Of a stretch of DNA of 64,000 bases, positions 1-13,124 are shown piece after piece. How positions within the stretch are numbered: position 1 is the first letter of the stretch; every line of letters begins with the position of its first letter. Under the pieces are notes generated by a model that saw only the letters and a program-made list of their open reading frames with translations, ran no database searches and was not told the DNA's origin. The stretch comes from Camelus ferus. Lineage: Eukaryota. Location: positions 87,422,001-87,486,000 of the forward strand of contig NC_045697.1 in assembly GCF_009834535.1 (NCBI RefSeq), given 5' to 3'. The position numbers were made by a program, and so were the translations under genes.

Positions 1-1214
1 AAAAGTTAAACAAACGCAGGCTGACGGAGGAGCCCGGTTTGCACACGGCTCTGAGGGGGAAGAGTGAGCTAATGAGCATTCATTGTTACATGTAAACTGC
101 CGGGTGACGCACCAGGGCACTGCTGTTAGTCACAAAAGAGAAATTATGGTACATCTTTCAGGCTCGGAAGGTCCTGCTGGAGCCCATGGTCTGTGCCAGG
201 CTCCCTTGTGAGAGGCAGTCGGCAAACCTATTTATAGAGTCATTTTTTTGCTGTGAGAAATTGGCCCTGTGGTACGAGGACTTCCCCCTCCTCCTGGGCA
301 CCCTGGAGATAGACAAGGCAGTGTTGCACGGCTGTGCAGCACCCTTGTGTTCCTCTTTCCAGTCATGTTTTCTGACACAAGAGGTACTGGGGACACTTCT
401 GAGTCCATCTAAAATCTGCATCTCTAGGGGATAAGGAAGTCTAACTCTAATGAAGGCAGGTTCAGTAGCTCAGTTTTATTTCTGAGCAAAATAATGCAAC
501 CATTCTGAGGAGGAGTTTTGTACACTTTAACTTCCTTTTTAACGTCAAGAAGCCCAAAGTCCTTTCCAGAGCACCACAGCCCATCACTTGAAACCACTGT
601 ACCTCTATAATACACATAAATTAAAGATTAGTAACAAAGATGGAAAGCACGGGCTTAGGACTGGACAAACGCAGGCTCAAGGCCAGCACTTGCAGGGGAC
701 GGTACCTACTTCCAGTGCTGCCCTTAGACCTGGGCACCCTGGCCCTATCCTGGCACACTGGCCCGCCCCACCTCAGAGGGCCTTGCTCTGTCCTTTCTCT
801 GACCCCCTCTTCCCATGTGGCTGGGAGCCTGTGGTCCAAGGCGACATGGCCACTCTCCCATTGCCTGTGCCTCTCCATAATCTGGGTACCTGGGACCCAA
901 ACAGCGGGGCCCGCCTTCAGGCAGGTATGGGACTCTTTCTCAGGTCTGTCTTCAGAGGGTAGACAGTGGTATGGTAGTGCTGCCGTCAAGGGAAGCGGTC
1001 ACGCGAGGTCCCGGTACCTCTGTTTAAAAAAAAGGAAAGGGTCAGAAGAGGGGGTTGAAATAGATGGAACTGGGATGTGGGGGTTTGCAGGGTCCACACG
1101 CACGTGTAAGATGCCTAAGGTAGACCTTGTCCCCTGCAAGTGCCAGAGAGTTGGGCGCGGGAAAGAGCCCTCCGTCTGTACTCTGGACCACACCTGCAGG
1201 TGCTGGAAGTGGCT

Positions 1215-1310
1215 TGTCCATCTAGTGAAATTACTGTGATGTTTAAATGAACTAATGTATGTAAAGTGCTCTGCACAGAGATTGGTAGACCATGGACATT
1301 CAATATGTTT
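1215..1310 (+). mobile_element. MIR SINE fragment
   Basis: 'gtgatgtttaaatgaactaatgtatgtaaagtgctctgcacag' resembles the MIR core/3' consensus. Confidence 0.65.
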
Positions 1311-1599
1311 GGTTCAGGGATAGTTTCTGTTCTAAATTAAACTTGACTTAGCCTCCTCTAAATTCCCATGAAAAACATGTAACCAGAGGCTCAAAGTAAA
1401 ATGAAACCTGTATAGCAGCATTGAAAGATAAGACTATTAGCCATCTTATTATCAGAATCTGGGGGGAATGTATAAATAATAGGAAACTGAAGCAGAACAG
1501 AGAATCAAAATGTGTGTTTTGGGTCACTGATAAAAAGCACAGTCTGCCCTACATAAAAAAAAATCATAAACCTGAATAAACTAAATTACATAGGTATTA

Positions 1600-4200
1600 T
1601 GATAGGAATCCAAATCAGTATATTAAGTAAAAAATACTAGAAATAGATAAAGCAATGGACACAAATATAGCTATAGTAGAAGTAATACACAATTTTTTTT
1701 AGCCTTTGAGAAATCAGGTAGGTAATTTATAGACAAAAAATTTGAATAGAAAAGTTAAATTTACATCAAATTATTGAAGCTTGTATAATTCAAACAAAGA
1801 ACAGTCTTTTTAAACATATGTGAAACATTTTCAGAAATTGATTATATAGTGTCATAAAGAATATTTCAATAAGTTCCTCCCAAGTAGAAAGCAAATGGGC
1901 CATAGTGTTGATCTTAATGCCATAAAACTAAAAACTAATAACAAAAGGTTAAACAAACTGATTAATTGTCCTGGAAATTAAATACCATATTTTCATGAAA
2001 CTAAGATACCTTGATTGTCACACACATCTCAACCTGAGAGTTGTAAAATGTGCAAAAATGTGTGTTTTACAATTAATGAAATGCTTTACCTTCTGGGTCA
2101 AAGAAAAAATGGAAATTTTACCAAGGAAACAAAAACATTAATAGGACTATGGTATATGACCAAAGCTATATGATGAGACATATTCATAATCTTAAAATGT
2201 TTCTGTTACAAGGAAGAAAGAAAATAAATGAACTAAGTTTTTAATTCAGTAATAGTTTCTTTTTGTAGAGGAACCACCATTCCTTTTCCTCAGAGACTGT
2301 TATTAAATTTAGCCACCATGTCAGACTTCTCCCTCCTTGTGAGTTTCTTTAATCTCAGGAGCCCTGTATTTCTACTTGAAATCAAATTTCTGTTGTTTAA
2401 CTCTCCCACCTTCCAATTCTGTCATTCGGGCATGTTTTATATGGTAGCCTCAATTACATAAACAATTTAAATATTTTAAAATGAAGCTTCTAGGCCTGAT
2501 ATAAATCAGATGATGTGGTTAGATACCATCATGGAGTGAATATTGCTTAACACAACATGCTGACTCCTTTAAGTTTTGGTCCTAACTCTATAAAAACCCT
2601 AAATGATAAAGAATTTCCACCCCAAACCAAAAGGCAAGGTAAAATTTAACAATGGAACACTAGAAGTAAAGTCAGGAATAAGACAAGAGTGCTTCTGTAA
2701 CTCATTATTTAGTATTACTCTGTCTGAAGTAGAAATGGGAAGTAAAACTTACAGAAAAGGAGGATTGTTATTTATGATGAAAATATAAATATAAAATATA
2801 AGAGAATCAACTTTGAAACACTTAGTGTGGAAATTCTCCTTAAAGAAGCTAGGTAGTGGATCAATAATGAATAATTTGTGAGATAACTGTCCCCAGATCA
2901 ATAGCTTTCCTATTTGGCAGCAAAAAACAAAACAAAACAAACAACAAAAATTAAGAAGACATAAAGAAGGAAAAGAGTTAATCAATAATAATAACTACAC
3001 TTTTACTAGAACATTAGGAAACTGTAAAGATTTACTTTGCTTCTGGATAGAAAGATTGAATATGATAAAATTGATAGTTATTTCCAAATTAACTTGTAGA
3101 TTTAATGCACTTTTAATCCAACATAGTTTCCTTTAGAAACTGGAACAAATTACTTTAAAGTTTATCTATATAACTAAACGTGTGAAAATGTCCATGACTT
3201 GTTTTTTTAAGACTGATTGATGATTATCTGTCTCTCCTAAAGAAGTGACAAAAATTAAATAGCAAGGGACCAGACCAAAACAAGAATAAACAAACAAGCC
3301 CATAGCAGAATAGGGGGCCCTGGAAAAGCCCCTCATGTTTATAATGACAGTTCATGATTTAAAAAGAAAGTCTTGGATTAAGAACAAGTTGGGTGGGAGA
3401 GCAGACCAAGAATTTGGAGAAAAAATAAAGTTAAGAGTTTCACTCTTTCACTATAAATCATAATAAATATTCAATGAATTAAAACTACAAAAATTTAGAG
3501 CATACATATTTAATTTTGAGATGAGGATAGACTCTCTAAGTATAAGACAATGTAGAAAATGCAGTGGAATAAATTATAAAAAATTTATTCAAAAAGCATA
3601 AGTAAAATGATGAAAATAATATTTGAAAATAGCAAATCACAAGTTAGTTAAAAACATCAAAAAAAAGGGCTATTATAAATCAATAAGAAAACCATGACTA
3701 CCAATAAAAAATTTCAACCTCACTAGTAATCAAAGAAATACAGATTTAAGCAATAATGATATGTTTTAAAATATATGTTTATACAATATCTATACATTTT
3801 ATATATCTAAATATATTAAAATATCTAATATTTGCTATTAGCAAGAGAAATACATTGCTTGTGGCAGTATACATAGATAATCCTTTTGGAAAGCAATTGT
3901 GCTTTAGGTAATAAGATACTACAAATGCTTTTAATGACCCAGTAATCTCCTCTAAAAATTGATCCCAAGGAAATAACTAGATGACTGAAAAGTACATGGG
4001 GTTATATAAACGGTATAATCTTTTTTTGATAGAAATACTTACATTTATTTATGCATGTACATATATATATATATATAATGAAAGCCCCAAAACAGTAATT
4101 ATTTATACATGTTAAGATTTTAAGTTTTGTATTTTTCAAAGTTTACCAAATCAGAATGTATTACTTTTGTAACTGGAAAAACAATTGAATGTTATATTTA
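1600..4200 (+). mobile_element. Ancient, heavily decayed L1 (L1ME-like) ORF2 and 3' fragments
   Basis: A-rich + strand. ORF 2603-2788 reads 'IKNFHPKPKGKVKFNNGTLEVKSGIRQECFCNSLFSITL', similar to L1 ORF2 RT 'IKAIYDKPTANIILNGEKL...SGTRQGCPLSPLLFNIVL'. Many stops and indels. Confidence 0.8.
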
Positions 4201-5192
4201 GAAGTTAAAAAAATTCTCTTCCCTTTCCATGTAATCTAAGAGCTGCGAATAAGTGGTCTGATCTCTTTTTTTCTAGTCTCCCTTTTCCTCCCAAGACACA
4301 TTTTACATATCTTCATCAAGACCTATAGCTCTTTAGTAAAGAAAAATAAATTATACCCTTGTAATTATGAATTTTTGCTTTAACTGCTTTGTATAATATG
4401 ATCATCAAGAGTTCCCAAGTCACGTTTCAGCTTAATACTGCATCTTCAGCTAAACACTTAATTGATCCCAGTGGTAACAGCCATATAAGTACTTAAGTGA
4501 GATTATTTTGGCAAACTTCCAAAGGTAAAATTAGATATTACCGTTAGAATATTTTTAAAGGTAATTTACACAATTTCTTTCTCTTGACTGGTAAATCCCA
4601 ATTGCAGCAAAGAAGAGGCTTTCCAAAATTCAGCTTAAACTAAAGTCTATTTCTTACTTTCTTCATGGTCTCCATTATAGTTGATATCCACACTTCTGAA
4701 TATCATATGTGGTTTAAAAAAATCTTGATCACAACTGTGACCTTAAAGCTGATCTTCAGTAAAGAATATTTTCCTCAATGACAGGTTCTTTAAGAAGAAA
4801 GGAGCAATTTAGGTGATTACACTCAACTTGTGAGATGAGAACATGGTAAGGCATGTTCCGGGCGAAATTCAGCCAGACTTTTTGTGTGCTGCTTCAGTTT
4901 ATGGAAGCTGTCTCAGGTTGAGATGTGGGGTCCCTAGGAGCTAACTTAGGTATTTATGAGAGTCCTTGAATTTATTTTTGTAATTCCAAGTAACTTAATG
5001 GACTCATACCTTTTCCCATGGGAGGGTTGCTTTCTTCTGCTTTTTTCTGCTTTTGCTTTCAGTTGCACCAACAAATGCATACATTTTTGAGGCTAGAAAT
5101 TACATGAATCCTTCTCAGAATAACGCTATGAGTTCAATGGACCATTTGCTTTTTGGTGAATGATTTGGAGATCTTCAGAAGGTATTGGTGGA

Positions 5193-5334
5193 TTTTTTTT
5201 TTTAATTTTTGGGGGGAGGGGGTAATTAGGTGTGTATGTATGTATGTATGTATGTATTTTAATGTGCTGGGGATTGAACCCAGAACTTCATGCATGCTAG
5301 GCATGCACTCTACCACTGAGCTATACCCTCCCTC
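5193..5334 (-). mobile_element. Camelid tRNA-derived SINE (vic-1 type), long form
   Basis: Minus strand GAGGGAGGGTATAGCTCAGTGGTAGAGTGCATGCCTAGCATGCATGAAGTTCTGGGTTCAATCCCCAGCAC (A and B boxes), then (TACA)n, CCTAATTACCCC and poly-A. Confidence 0.9.
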
Positions 5335-5350
5335 TCAAGGGGAGTGTTGC

Positions 5351-5420
5351 CTCCCAGTCAGGGAATCAAACCCTGGTCTCCTGAGACAGGCAGGGATACT
5401 CACCACTATACTAATGAGGA
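5351..5420 (-). pseudogene. tRNA-Asp(GTC)-derived pseudogene
   Basis: Minus strand TCCTCATTAGTATAGTGGTGAGTATCCCTGCCTGTCTCAGGAGACCAGGGTTTGATTCCCTGACTGGGAG matches vertebrate tRNA-Asp-GTC. Differences are mostly CpG transitions plus a 2-nt loss just 3' of the anticodon; there is no CCA. Confidence 0.92.
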
Positions 5421-6869
5421 CGGTGATGTTGGTGGATCTTGATGCAGCTTTAGATTTCCTCCTCTAGGTGCTTCCAGATTTTACTTTGGTATTGAATGCT
5501 TTGGCCAGCTACTTTTGAATATACAAGTGGAAAATAGACAGGAATAACTATTAATCTATTATCAGCTATACAGAAGTCAAATGAGACAATGTGCAGGTAG
5601 AAATGGGGTTGATATGATTAGGGACTAAATTTTTTTTAATGAATTAAATGAGTCTGACTACAACATAATCAAAGTTTCCGAATCATTATGTCATTTCCCC
5701 CATCAACTCCATTCTTAGTTTTCTTCCCATGATAAGGTAAAGAACAAACCCTCAGAGACAAGTGAGTAAAAGAGAAAAAAATTTTCAAGGGAGCTTTTTG
5801 ATTCATATTTACTGTTATCATTGAGCCCTGTTTCCGATAGATGTTTTTTTTTTTTTTTTGCGCTATTAGGAAAATAATTCATTAAAATGCATCATTTTTC
5901 TCTTGAACCTATCTAAAATTGAGTGTGTGTGCGTGTGTGTGAGTGTGTGTGTGAAAAATGTTCCTAAGATCAGCTCTATTTGCATTGGTATTTCCAGTGG
6001 AAATGTCAAGTGTGACCTTTTTCTTGTTTGGGTGTCTAATCCTATTTTAAAGCCCTGTCACGCCCCTGCTGAGGGTCAGTGCCCTTGTGAATAGAACTTC
6101 TGCACCTGCTCCCCCTTTCTTCTCCTCTTCTTCCCCTCTGCGTGGAACTGGAGGATGTTCTGGATGGCAAACAAAACAATGCTATGCTTCAGTGGCTGCA
6201 GTGGCAGAAAACAGCTCCAGGCTTGGGAATTTGGTAGAGTAAGTTTTGAAACCATGAGAAAATAAACATGAAAATCAGCAAACCTGAAAAGAGGGAAAGA
6301 AAAAACGTGCAGGAACACTGCATTTCACTGCTCCAAATATCAGGGTTAAAACATATCCTTGAACTTTTTAACTGATCAGACAGAGGCTCTGATAAAAATC
6401 AACTTTGCAAATACAGGATGCTAAAACCAGTGTCACTGACATTTCACCTGTAGGGAAAAAGTTATTAACATGAAGGAACTGTGGGAAATACAACCAAGGA
6501 AGTCCAAATTACCATAGTGACTGGGTTTGCTTTGCCTGTTTACCAAAGTTGAATTTTGAATAATTATGCTTAGTAGAGCTGAATTCAGTACTCAAGGAAT
6601 ATAGACGATTTGAATGGTAAAAGGATTGTTATCTTCAGGCTTATTATCATTTAAAGACAATGTTTTATAAAAATCAGCTCCTTTTACCAGAGCTTGGTTT
6701 GAATTATAATTTCCCATCACAAGAAGAAATGAAAGAATTTCTTGTTGGATCCTAACCAAATTTAAATATGTAATTTTCCATTATACTGCATTTGTTTTAA
6801 AGCTAACCATGAGAGAGAAGGCTGGGTTCACACTGAGACACTGCTGAAACTATAAATTTCAGGATCAAG

Positions 6870-7245
6870 AGTTCTACTTGATAACACATTCACCACCAAA
6901 TCCCCAAGTGAACCATATTAATGTTCTCACTAGTTTTTCTCCAAATCCTGCTCATTTCCCCTTTTTTTCTTGTGAAATAAAGCCTTAATGGTGTTCTCCA
7001 AGCTTGTAACACAAATGCATTTTATCTTTCATTTTGTACTGTGCTGCCAAGTCCAGTTGAGGAGGCAGCTCTCCAGCAAGTGCATCTTGATTCTTCCCTC
7101 ATCGTCTTATATCTTGACCCTGGGGTAGGTTAGTAACTAATTTCCTTGATTGCAGCCTCCCATCTCCACCCAATCCATCCTGCGTGCCACCACAAGAATA
7201 ATCTTCCTGAAGGATAATATGACACTCCTCCTTAAATATACCAAA
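6870..7245 (+). mobile_element. L2 LINE fragment
   Basis: 'caatccatcctgcgtgccaccacaagaataatcttcctgaa' resembles the L2 3' region. Confidence 0.6.
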
Positions 7246-7259
7246 ACCCAAGAGAGAAA

Positions 7260-8300
7260 TATAAAAATGTAATCCATTTCACAAGGAGTCACCACACTAG
7301 CTAAAAGGGAAGCGGAGAGAGCTAGGGTGGTGAATGCTTCAGAGATGGCTGGAAGTGGAAACGATCCTGGAATCAGGAGGAGGTGGACTTGAAACAAGCC
7401 TTGAAGAAATGAGGAGTATTTGGCTAGAAGAGAAGTGGCAAGGGACCACATGTCTTCTCTTAGGGAACAGTGACCGAAGACACAAGAGTGTTTTGGAGCA
7501 CGGCTAGTAGACTTGTGGGAGGTGACTCTGAAAAGTAGGTTAGGTAGGCCTTGATTATCAGCTTATAGATACTTGTCCTCTAGGTTTGGGGAAGCCGTGG
7601 AAGATGTCTGGGCAGGGCAGTGATCTCATCATGTGGAAAGACTCATTTACAGGTCTTTGTACAGGACGGACTGGGTGGGGATGGACTATTGGAGGCAGAG
7701 AAACTGGTTAGGAGACGGTTGTTGTGATCCAGGTGCGAGTAAGGAGCTTGATTGGGTGAAGGCAAGGAGAAGAGAAAAGTGGAGACAGATGTGAGAGACA
7801 ATGACAAGGAAGTAGTTATAGGATTTGGAAATTAAATGGTTATGAGGGAACAGATTAAAAAATGACTCTAAGTTTGATGAGTAGGAGAAACAGAGCAGCC
7901 AGAAGAATCCGGAGTTTTGTGTGTATGTAGTGATGTTTGAAATGACTGCAATTTATGTCATTGGAAATGTCACATAGGTGGTTTGGGATGCGGGATTCAG
8001 GTTCCAGAGAGAACCCTGGCTTAGAAATGCAGATTTCAGAGTCATATCGACTGCTAGTTGAAGCACTCAACAAGGACTAGATTTTGGGAAGTACTCATTT
8101 TCTGAGATGGCAGAGAAAAGGAGAAAGTAAAAAAAGAGATTAGAGGTAGGTGGGACCCAGGTGAGCCTAGTCCTATTAAGGAACAAAGGAGACAATGGCA
8201 GAAAGGAGGAGGAACAGGCAAAAACAAACAAACAAAATCCCCAGAGAGGTTCACTGCAGAGAAAAGAAGCCGGAGAACAGAGCACTGCGTTTGTAAACGG
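7260..8300 (-). mobile_element. L2 LINE fragment
   Basis: Purine-rich antisense L2 phrases such as 'ggaggcagagaaactggttaggagacggttgttgtgatccaggtgcgag' and 'ctggcttagaaatgcagatttcagagtcat'. Confidence 0.75.
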
Positions 8301-8634
8301 GAAGACCATAGCTGGCTTTTGAAAGTACGAGGCCACAGCCATGTTATGAATGACTTAGGAGCGAAAGCAGGGGCAGCAGTCATGAAAACTCAAGAACTTT
8401 GGTGGTAAGGTGGGGGTGGACAGGGTACCCCACTCACGTGAAGGACATCGAGGGGACAGGCATGTTGCTGTTTGAAGTCAGACAATCGAAAGCCAGGAGA
8501 CATGAAGGACTGGAGATGTCAGAGAAAGCGGCATGGAGTTGAGAAAGCAGGTGTGAATGAAAGACTGTTTCATATGTGTGACTAACTGACTGCATGTGAA
8601 GTTTGAGGTGACTATTGAAGTTTGTCCCTGCAGG

Positions 8635-8637
<3 letters not shown>

Positions 8638-8685
<48 letters not shown>
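8638..8685. repeat. (GT)24 microsatellite
   Basis: Perfect GT run. Confidence 0.97.
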
Positions 8686-8686
<1 letters not shown>

Positions 8687-9399
8687 GGGTACAGGGGTGC
8701 AGGTAGGGATGGGTGTCACTGCTGAATAAATCAGAGTGGAATGTTTAGTGGTGGCTGGAGTGGGTTGTCCAAGCTTGGAAAGGCTAAGGGGTTCACCTGT
8801 GCCCTCAGGTGCTGGTTCCCAGTGCCTTGTGACACTGCAAATTTAATATATTCATAAACAACAAACAGAATCCAAGTGCATGGACCCCAGAAAGCAAAAG
8901 TTTCACTTCTGGTGGTTTTGTCTTTTGGTGTGATAAGATGGGAGGGTAGAAAATCATACTGCATTGCTGACTGGTTTGTTTGGTTGGTTTTTGTTGCTGC
9001 TCTTGTTCTCTTAAGTTCCTGTTCCCTTCGGACCTCACTGTGTTGTGATGATGTTTGCTTGTTCATCTCTCCCCAGCTAACTCCGCAGGGCAGTGCCTAG
9101 GTGTTTTATCTCTGGATCACTAGTATCTTGGATGTTCCTGGCACAAAATAAGGAGACAATAATGCCCGCCAAATAAATTAGGGAGGGAGTGGAGCAGTTA
9201 GCTCTGGATAGGAGAGATACACCTTCCTCCGAGGCAGGAGGAAAAGGAGAAGGGAGGAATGGAGAGGCATAGTTTTGAAAGTTTTAATCAAAGGAAGAGA
9301 CCACTCATGCAAGGTGGTTTCCATTTCCTCAGTAAAGTGGCATCCAAGATGACTTTTAGCAGGAGAGATGGCAGGGCCTGAGGAAAGCCACTGTCTTCT

Positions 9400-9575
9400 G
9401 TGACTGAGGTACTGTATAGACACTTACACACAGTTTCTTTTAAACTCCACAGTAGCACTGTAAATTAGTTATTATTCTCATTTTGCTGATAAGGAAATTG
9501 AGGCTTAAATAGCAATTCACTTACTTATAAGTTCCTGTTAAAATACAAGCCTTTTGATTGCAAAACCTATATTCC
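9400..9575 (-). mobile_element. MIR
   Basis: 'attattctcattttgctgataaggaaattgaggctt' is the MIR core. Confidence 0.7.
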
Positions 9576-10244
9576 CTTCCATAGACCCCGTTATTGGAGC
9601 AGTTTTAGGACATGTGAAAAGGATTCAAGAGGTGAAGAAAAATACGATTGAGCAGCAGCAAGGGTCTAGTAAGGGTGAGTGAACTTGAACTTGCTTACCA
9701 TCAAGGCAGAAAAGTTCTATGACTGAGAAAAATAGAGGAAGCAAAAAGCTATGAAAATCTAGACTTTGTACTTGGTATGGTTGAGGAAGTTGAAGCGAAG
9801 AAGATATGGCCAAAGACAGTATTGAATTCCTTAATCATTTCAGGTCATTAAGTCTAGTCTCCTTAACAAGACTGGAAGCCTCTGAAATGTCTCCTTATTG
9901 TGCCTTGCAAAGTGTTAAGGGCTGATTCAATACATAGTAATTGTTTGAGGCCTGATCAACATAAAGCAATGTGGAAACTGAGATTAAAATGGAGATGTGT
10001 GCTAAATAAATCCAACATTGTTTTAGAGTTGTGTGCTTTGCCTTTAAGATGCTATTAGGCTAAACAGTGATTATAACAAGAACAACAACAACAACAGTAA
10101 CAAATAAGTTCTTCGTAAAAGTAAATCTGGCTGAATAGACTTTCCTGGATCAGACTAACTCCAGGAAATCAAATAGCCAATCTTTGGTGAAACAGATCTT
10201 TGGCAAATGTGTTCCCTTACGTTGTGTTGCTCTAGGAAGAAAGA

Positions 10245-10480
10245 TAATAATAACAGACATTTCTGAGTACTTATTTGTTCCAGGAAGTGTTCTAAGTACT
10301 TCACAGACACTAGTTCATTTAATCCTCATAATGACTCTAGAGATAAGTATTGTGATTCTCATCGTACAGGTAAGGAAACTGAGGCGCCAAAAGTTAAGCT
10401 GCCAAGAATACACAGCAAATGAGCAGCAAATTTAGAATTTAAACTTGATGGCTGGCAACCAAGTCCACATTCCAAACAAC
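10245..10480 (-). mobile_element. MIR
   Basis: 'tcatttaatcctcataatgactctagagataagtatt...caggtaaggaaactgaggc'. Confidence 0.85.
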
Positions 10481-10914
10481 TTTGCCATTCTCCGAATGCT
10501 GGCATTTTCTGTGTTACGGGACAAGCAACTTCTTTGCGTTCGAGGAAAAGTATGAGTAAGCTTTGACAAACGTGAAGTGCGTCCTTCCTTGGGGGCTGGA
10601 TAAATTCCCTTTTACCCGGCACCTGTTCTGTCAATTGTGTTCAGAAGGAAATCCTCTTTCTTACTCACTTGTGTGACATTTGGATCTCAGCAATTTTCTG
10701 GCAAAAATGTTCAAGACCTAAAGAAAACACCTATGGCAAAGGATGCATTCGTCTCGTTTCTCCATCAATGACAGCAATGCTGAGCCTGTGAGTTGTCAGA
10801 TTTCTCCTTTCTCTCAGTTTTGAACAGATTCCCCTCATTTGGCTTTAGAAATGGTATTTGAGAAATCTTTAAGAAAGGAGATTAATCTAATGACCATTGT
10901 AAAGTAATTCTTTA

Positions 10915-11215
10915 AAAATTATTTCCCCAGCTTTACTGAGGAATCATTAACTTAACCACTGTGTAAGTTTAAGGTTTTCATGGATGATCTGATACACATA
11001 CATGTTGCAAAATGGTTCACACAATAAGATTGGTTAACACAGCCATCTCCTCCCATAAGTACAATTGTGTGTGTGTGGTGAGAACATTTAAGAGTTCCTA
11101 CCTTAGCAATTTTCAAGTATGTGACACAGTATTGTTAACTGCAGTCCCCGTGCTGTGCCTGACATCCCCAGAACTGATTCATCTTGTAACTGGAAGTTTG
11201 TACCCTTTGACAAAA
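10915..11215 (-). mobile_element. L1 3' end (L1MA-like)
   Basis: 'gtggtgagaacatttaaga...ttagcaattttcaagtat...ccccagaactgattcatcttgtaactggaagtttgtaccctttgac'. Confidence 0.85.
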
Positions 11216-13124
11216 AAGTAATTGCTTATCAAACGAATAGTGAAATATGCCATGTTCATCTAGGATTTCACCTGGGGGATCATACATTTGGATTAGCTAT
11301 ACATTTGTGCGCCCTAGGGACAGATGGCATGCCGGATAGTTCTGAAGGAGAACTTTCAGCTTCTGTTTATTTTCTTACAACAATAGGCAGAAACCAAGAA
11401 ATGACTCCTTTGGCTTCTTCCAGTCCTCCGTATATTACTCAAAGATGATAAAGAGAAACTTAGATTCCATTTTGAACATTAATGTGAAGTTTGCATTTTG
11501 TCATTGTGGTCTGTCAAAGTTTACCTTTATAGACTGGACAGTAGGAGGCATAGTGTTAATCAAAATTTATGTTAAAGAATAGTTCTCTAAAACTACTTAA
11601 AGCTATTGTTTAAATTCTTATCAAATGCTCTTAAGTATCTCATACAGTGTTCGAAACTCAGTTCAAAACTAACTTAAGGAAACTGTGATTTGAGTTGCTC
11701 ACATTACCTTCCAGAATGATTAATACACACATATAACAAGCTGATTTTTTAGTTGGAAATTTGCTTGTTGAACTTCCAAAGCAGAGCGTTATGTCTGACA
11801 TAAGTAAAGATTTGGCCTATCTTATGAAGAATTTATAGAGCACATAACATTAAATTCTGTTGGTCAGATCATTGCCCAACCAAAAAGTATCTTTTATCTT
11901 GAAGACTTTTTACAATTTCTTGTTTTGTTTGATTTAGTATGGCTAGATTTACACCCTTCTAATAAGAATAGTAAAAGATAGATTCTCTAGCAAGACAAAC
12001 ACACCCATGCCCAGTGTGCCCATGTGTGCAAAAGTGTTTCTGTACTTCTAATAGGTCCATGTGCACATGCATAATCCTCTCATTCTGCATCACTAGCACA
12101 CACATTTATTGTTTCTATTTGTCCATGGACATACAATCTTAAAGTATGATTCTAAGTAACACCTACATGCTAACATTTTGTAATAAGCATTGTTAAGTTT
12201 AATACATATTTAAAATTTTTTTCTAAAATTTCTAAAGACACAGAATGTTTGACAAATAGTACTAAGTAATCGATAGATAAAGTCACATTGAGTTGCCTGA
12301 CAAGTAGGATTTTTCCACCCCAATTTTCTTCATTTTATGCTAAAATGATTTTAAACATATGCATATATAAGCTTATCAGACTTCCAGAAATGAACCTTCT
12401 AGAAAATCACACTGGGCTCCTCAGTTGTGTTTTCTTTCATTATTTATAGACAAATCAGAAACAAATGTTCTTTAAGAAGAAGTACAATGAACTGAAACCA
12501 TCTGTCAGGATGCACTTTTCCTCTAGAATTCATCTGTAATACAGACTCGTAGTGAACCAGAGCCTAAGTCTCATGAAATCATACCGTATTTAATGGTAGT
12601 TTTAGTGTCAATTCAGAGACACAAATGTTAGTGTCAGTTGCCACAAGACCTAAATGGCTCATTTAATTCAGTGACGATTATGATTAAGTAAACCAGTGAT
12701 GTGGGACAAATGCAAATATTTTCATTTTGGAGGTTGTAATTTCAAATATATTTTTGAAAGAAGACATTTTTAAAAAACTCACTGACGGTAATTTAATGAA
12801 TATTCTAAAAGTGGTTCTGGAAGTTTCCCTCCTACAACTATTGTAGACTATTGAATAGCCTGCAGCAATTGAATGCTTGATCGTAAAGCAAGATCATAGA
12901 AAAGGTAGTGACCAGGAAGTCTCAGGAAATATACACATAAAATGTTGACTTTTGTACTTATTCTAAACACACAAAAATTTTATGTAATAAAAACATTTTA
13001 CTTCACTTAGAAAAAGCGTATGAAATTAATAAGAGCATATTTTAAAGTTAACCATTTAGTCTATTAAGACACTGTGTTTGTTTTCTTTCTTTTTCTTTCT
13101 TTTTTTTTTTTTACTTAAAAATTA

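Noticed and set aside
640..1239. 199-aa ORF and overlapping ORFs
   Set aside because: GC-rich sequence open in several frames on both strands, no recognisable homology, and it ends in a MIR
5351..5420. Functional tRNA-Asp gene
   Set aside because: CpG decay through the stems and B box, a disrupted anticodon arm and no oligo-T terminator
12370..12382. AGCTTATCAGACT, identical to nt 2-14 of miR-21
   Set aside because: The match stops at 13 nt, the rest of the mature sequence and the hairpin are absent, and such a match is plausible by chance across all miRNAs
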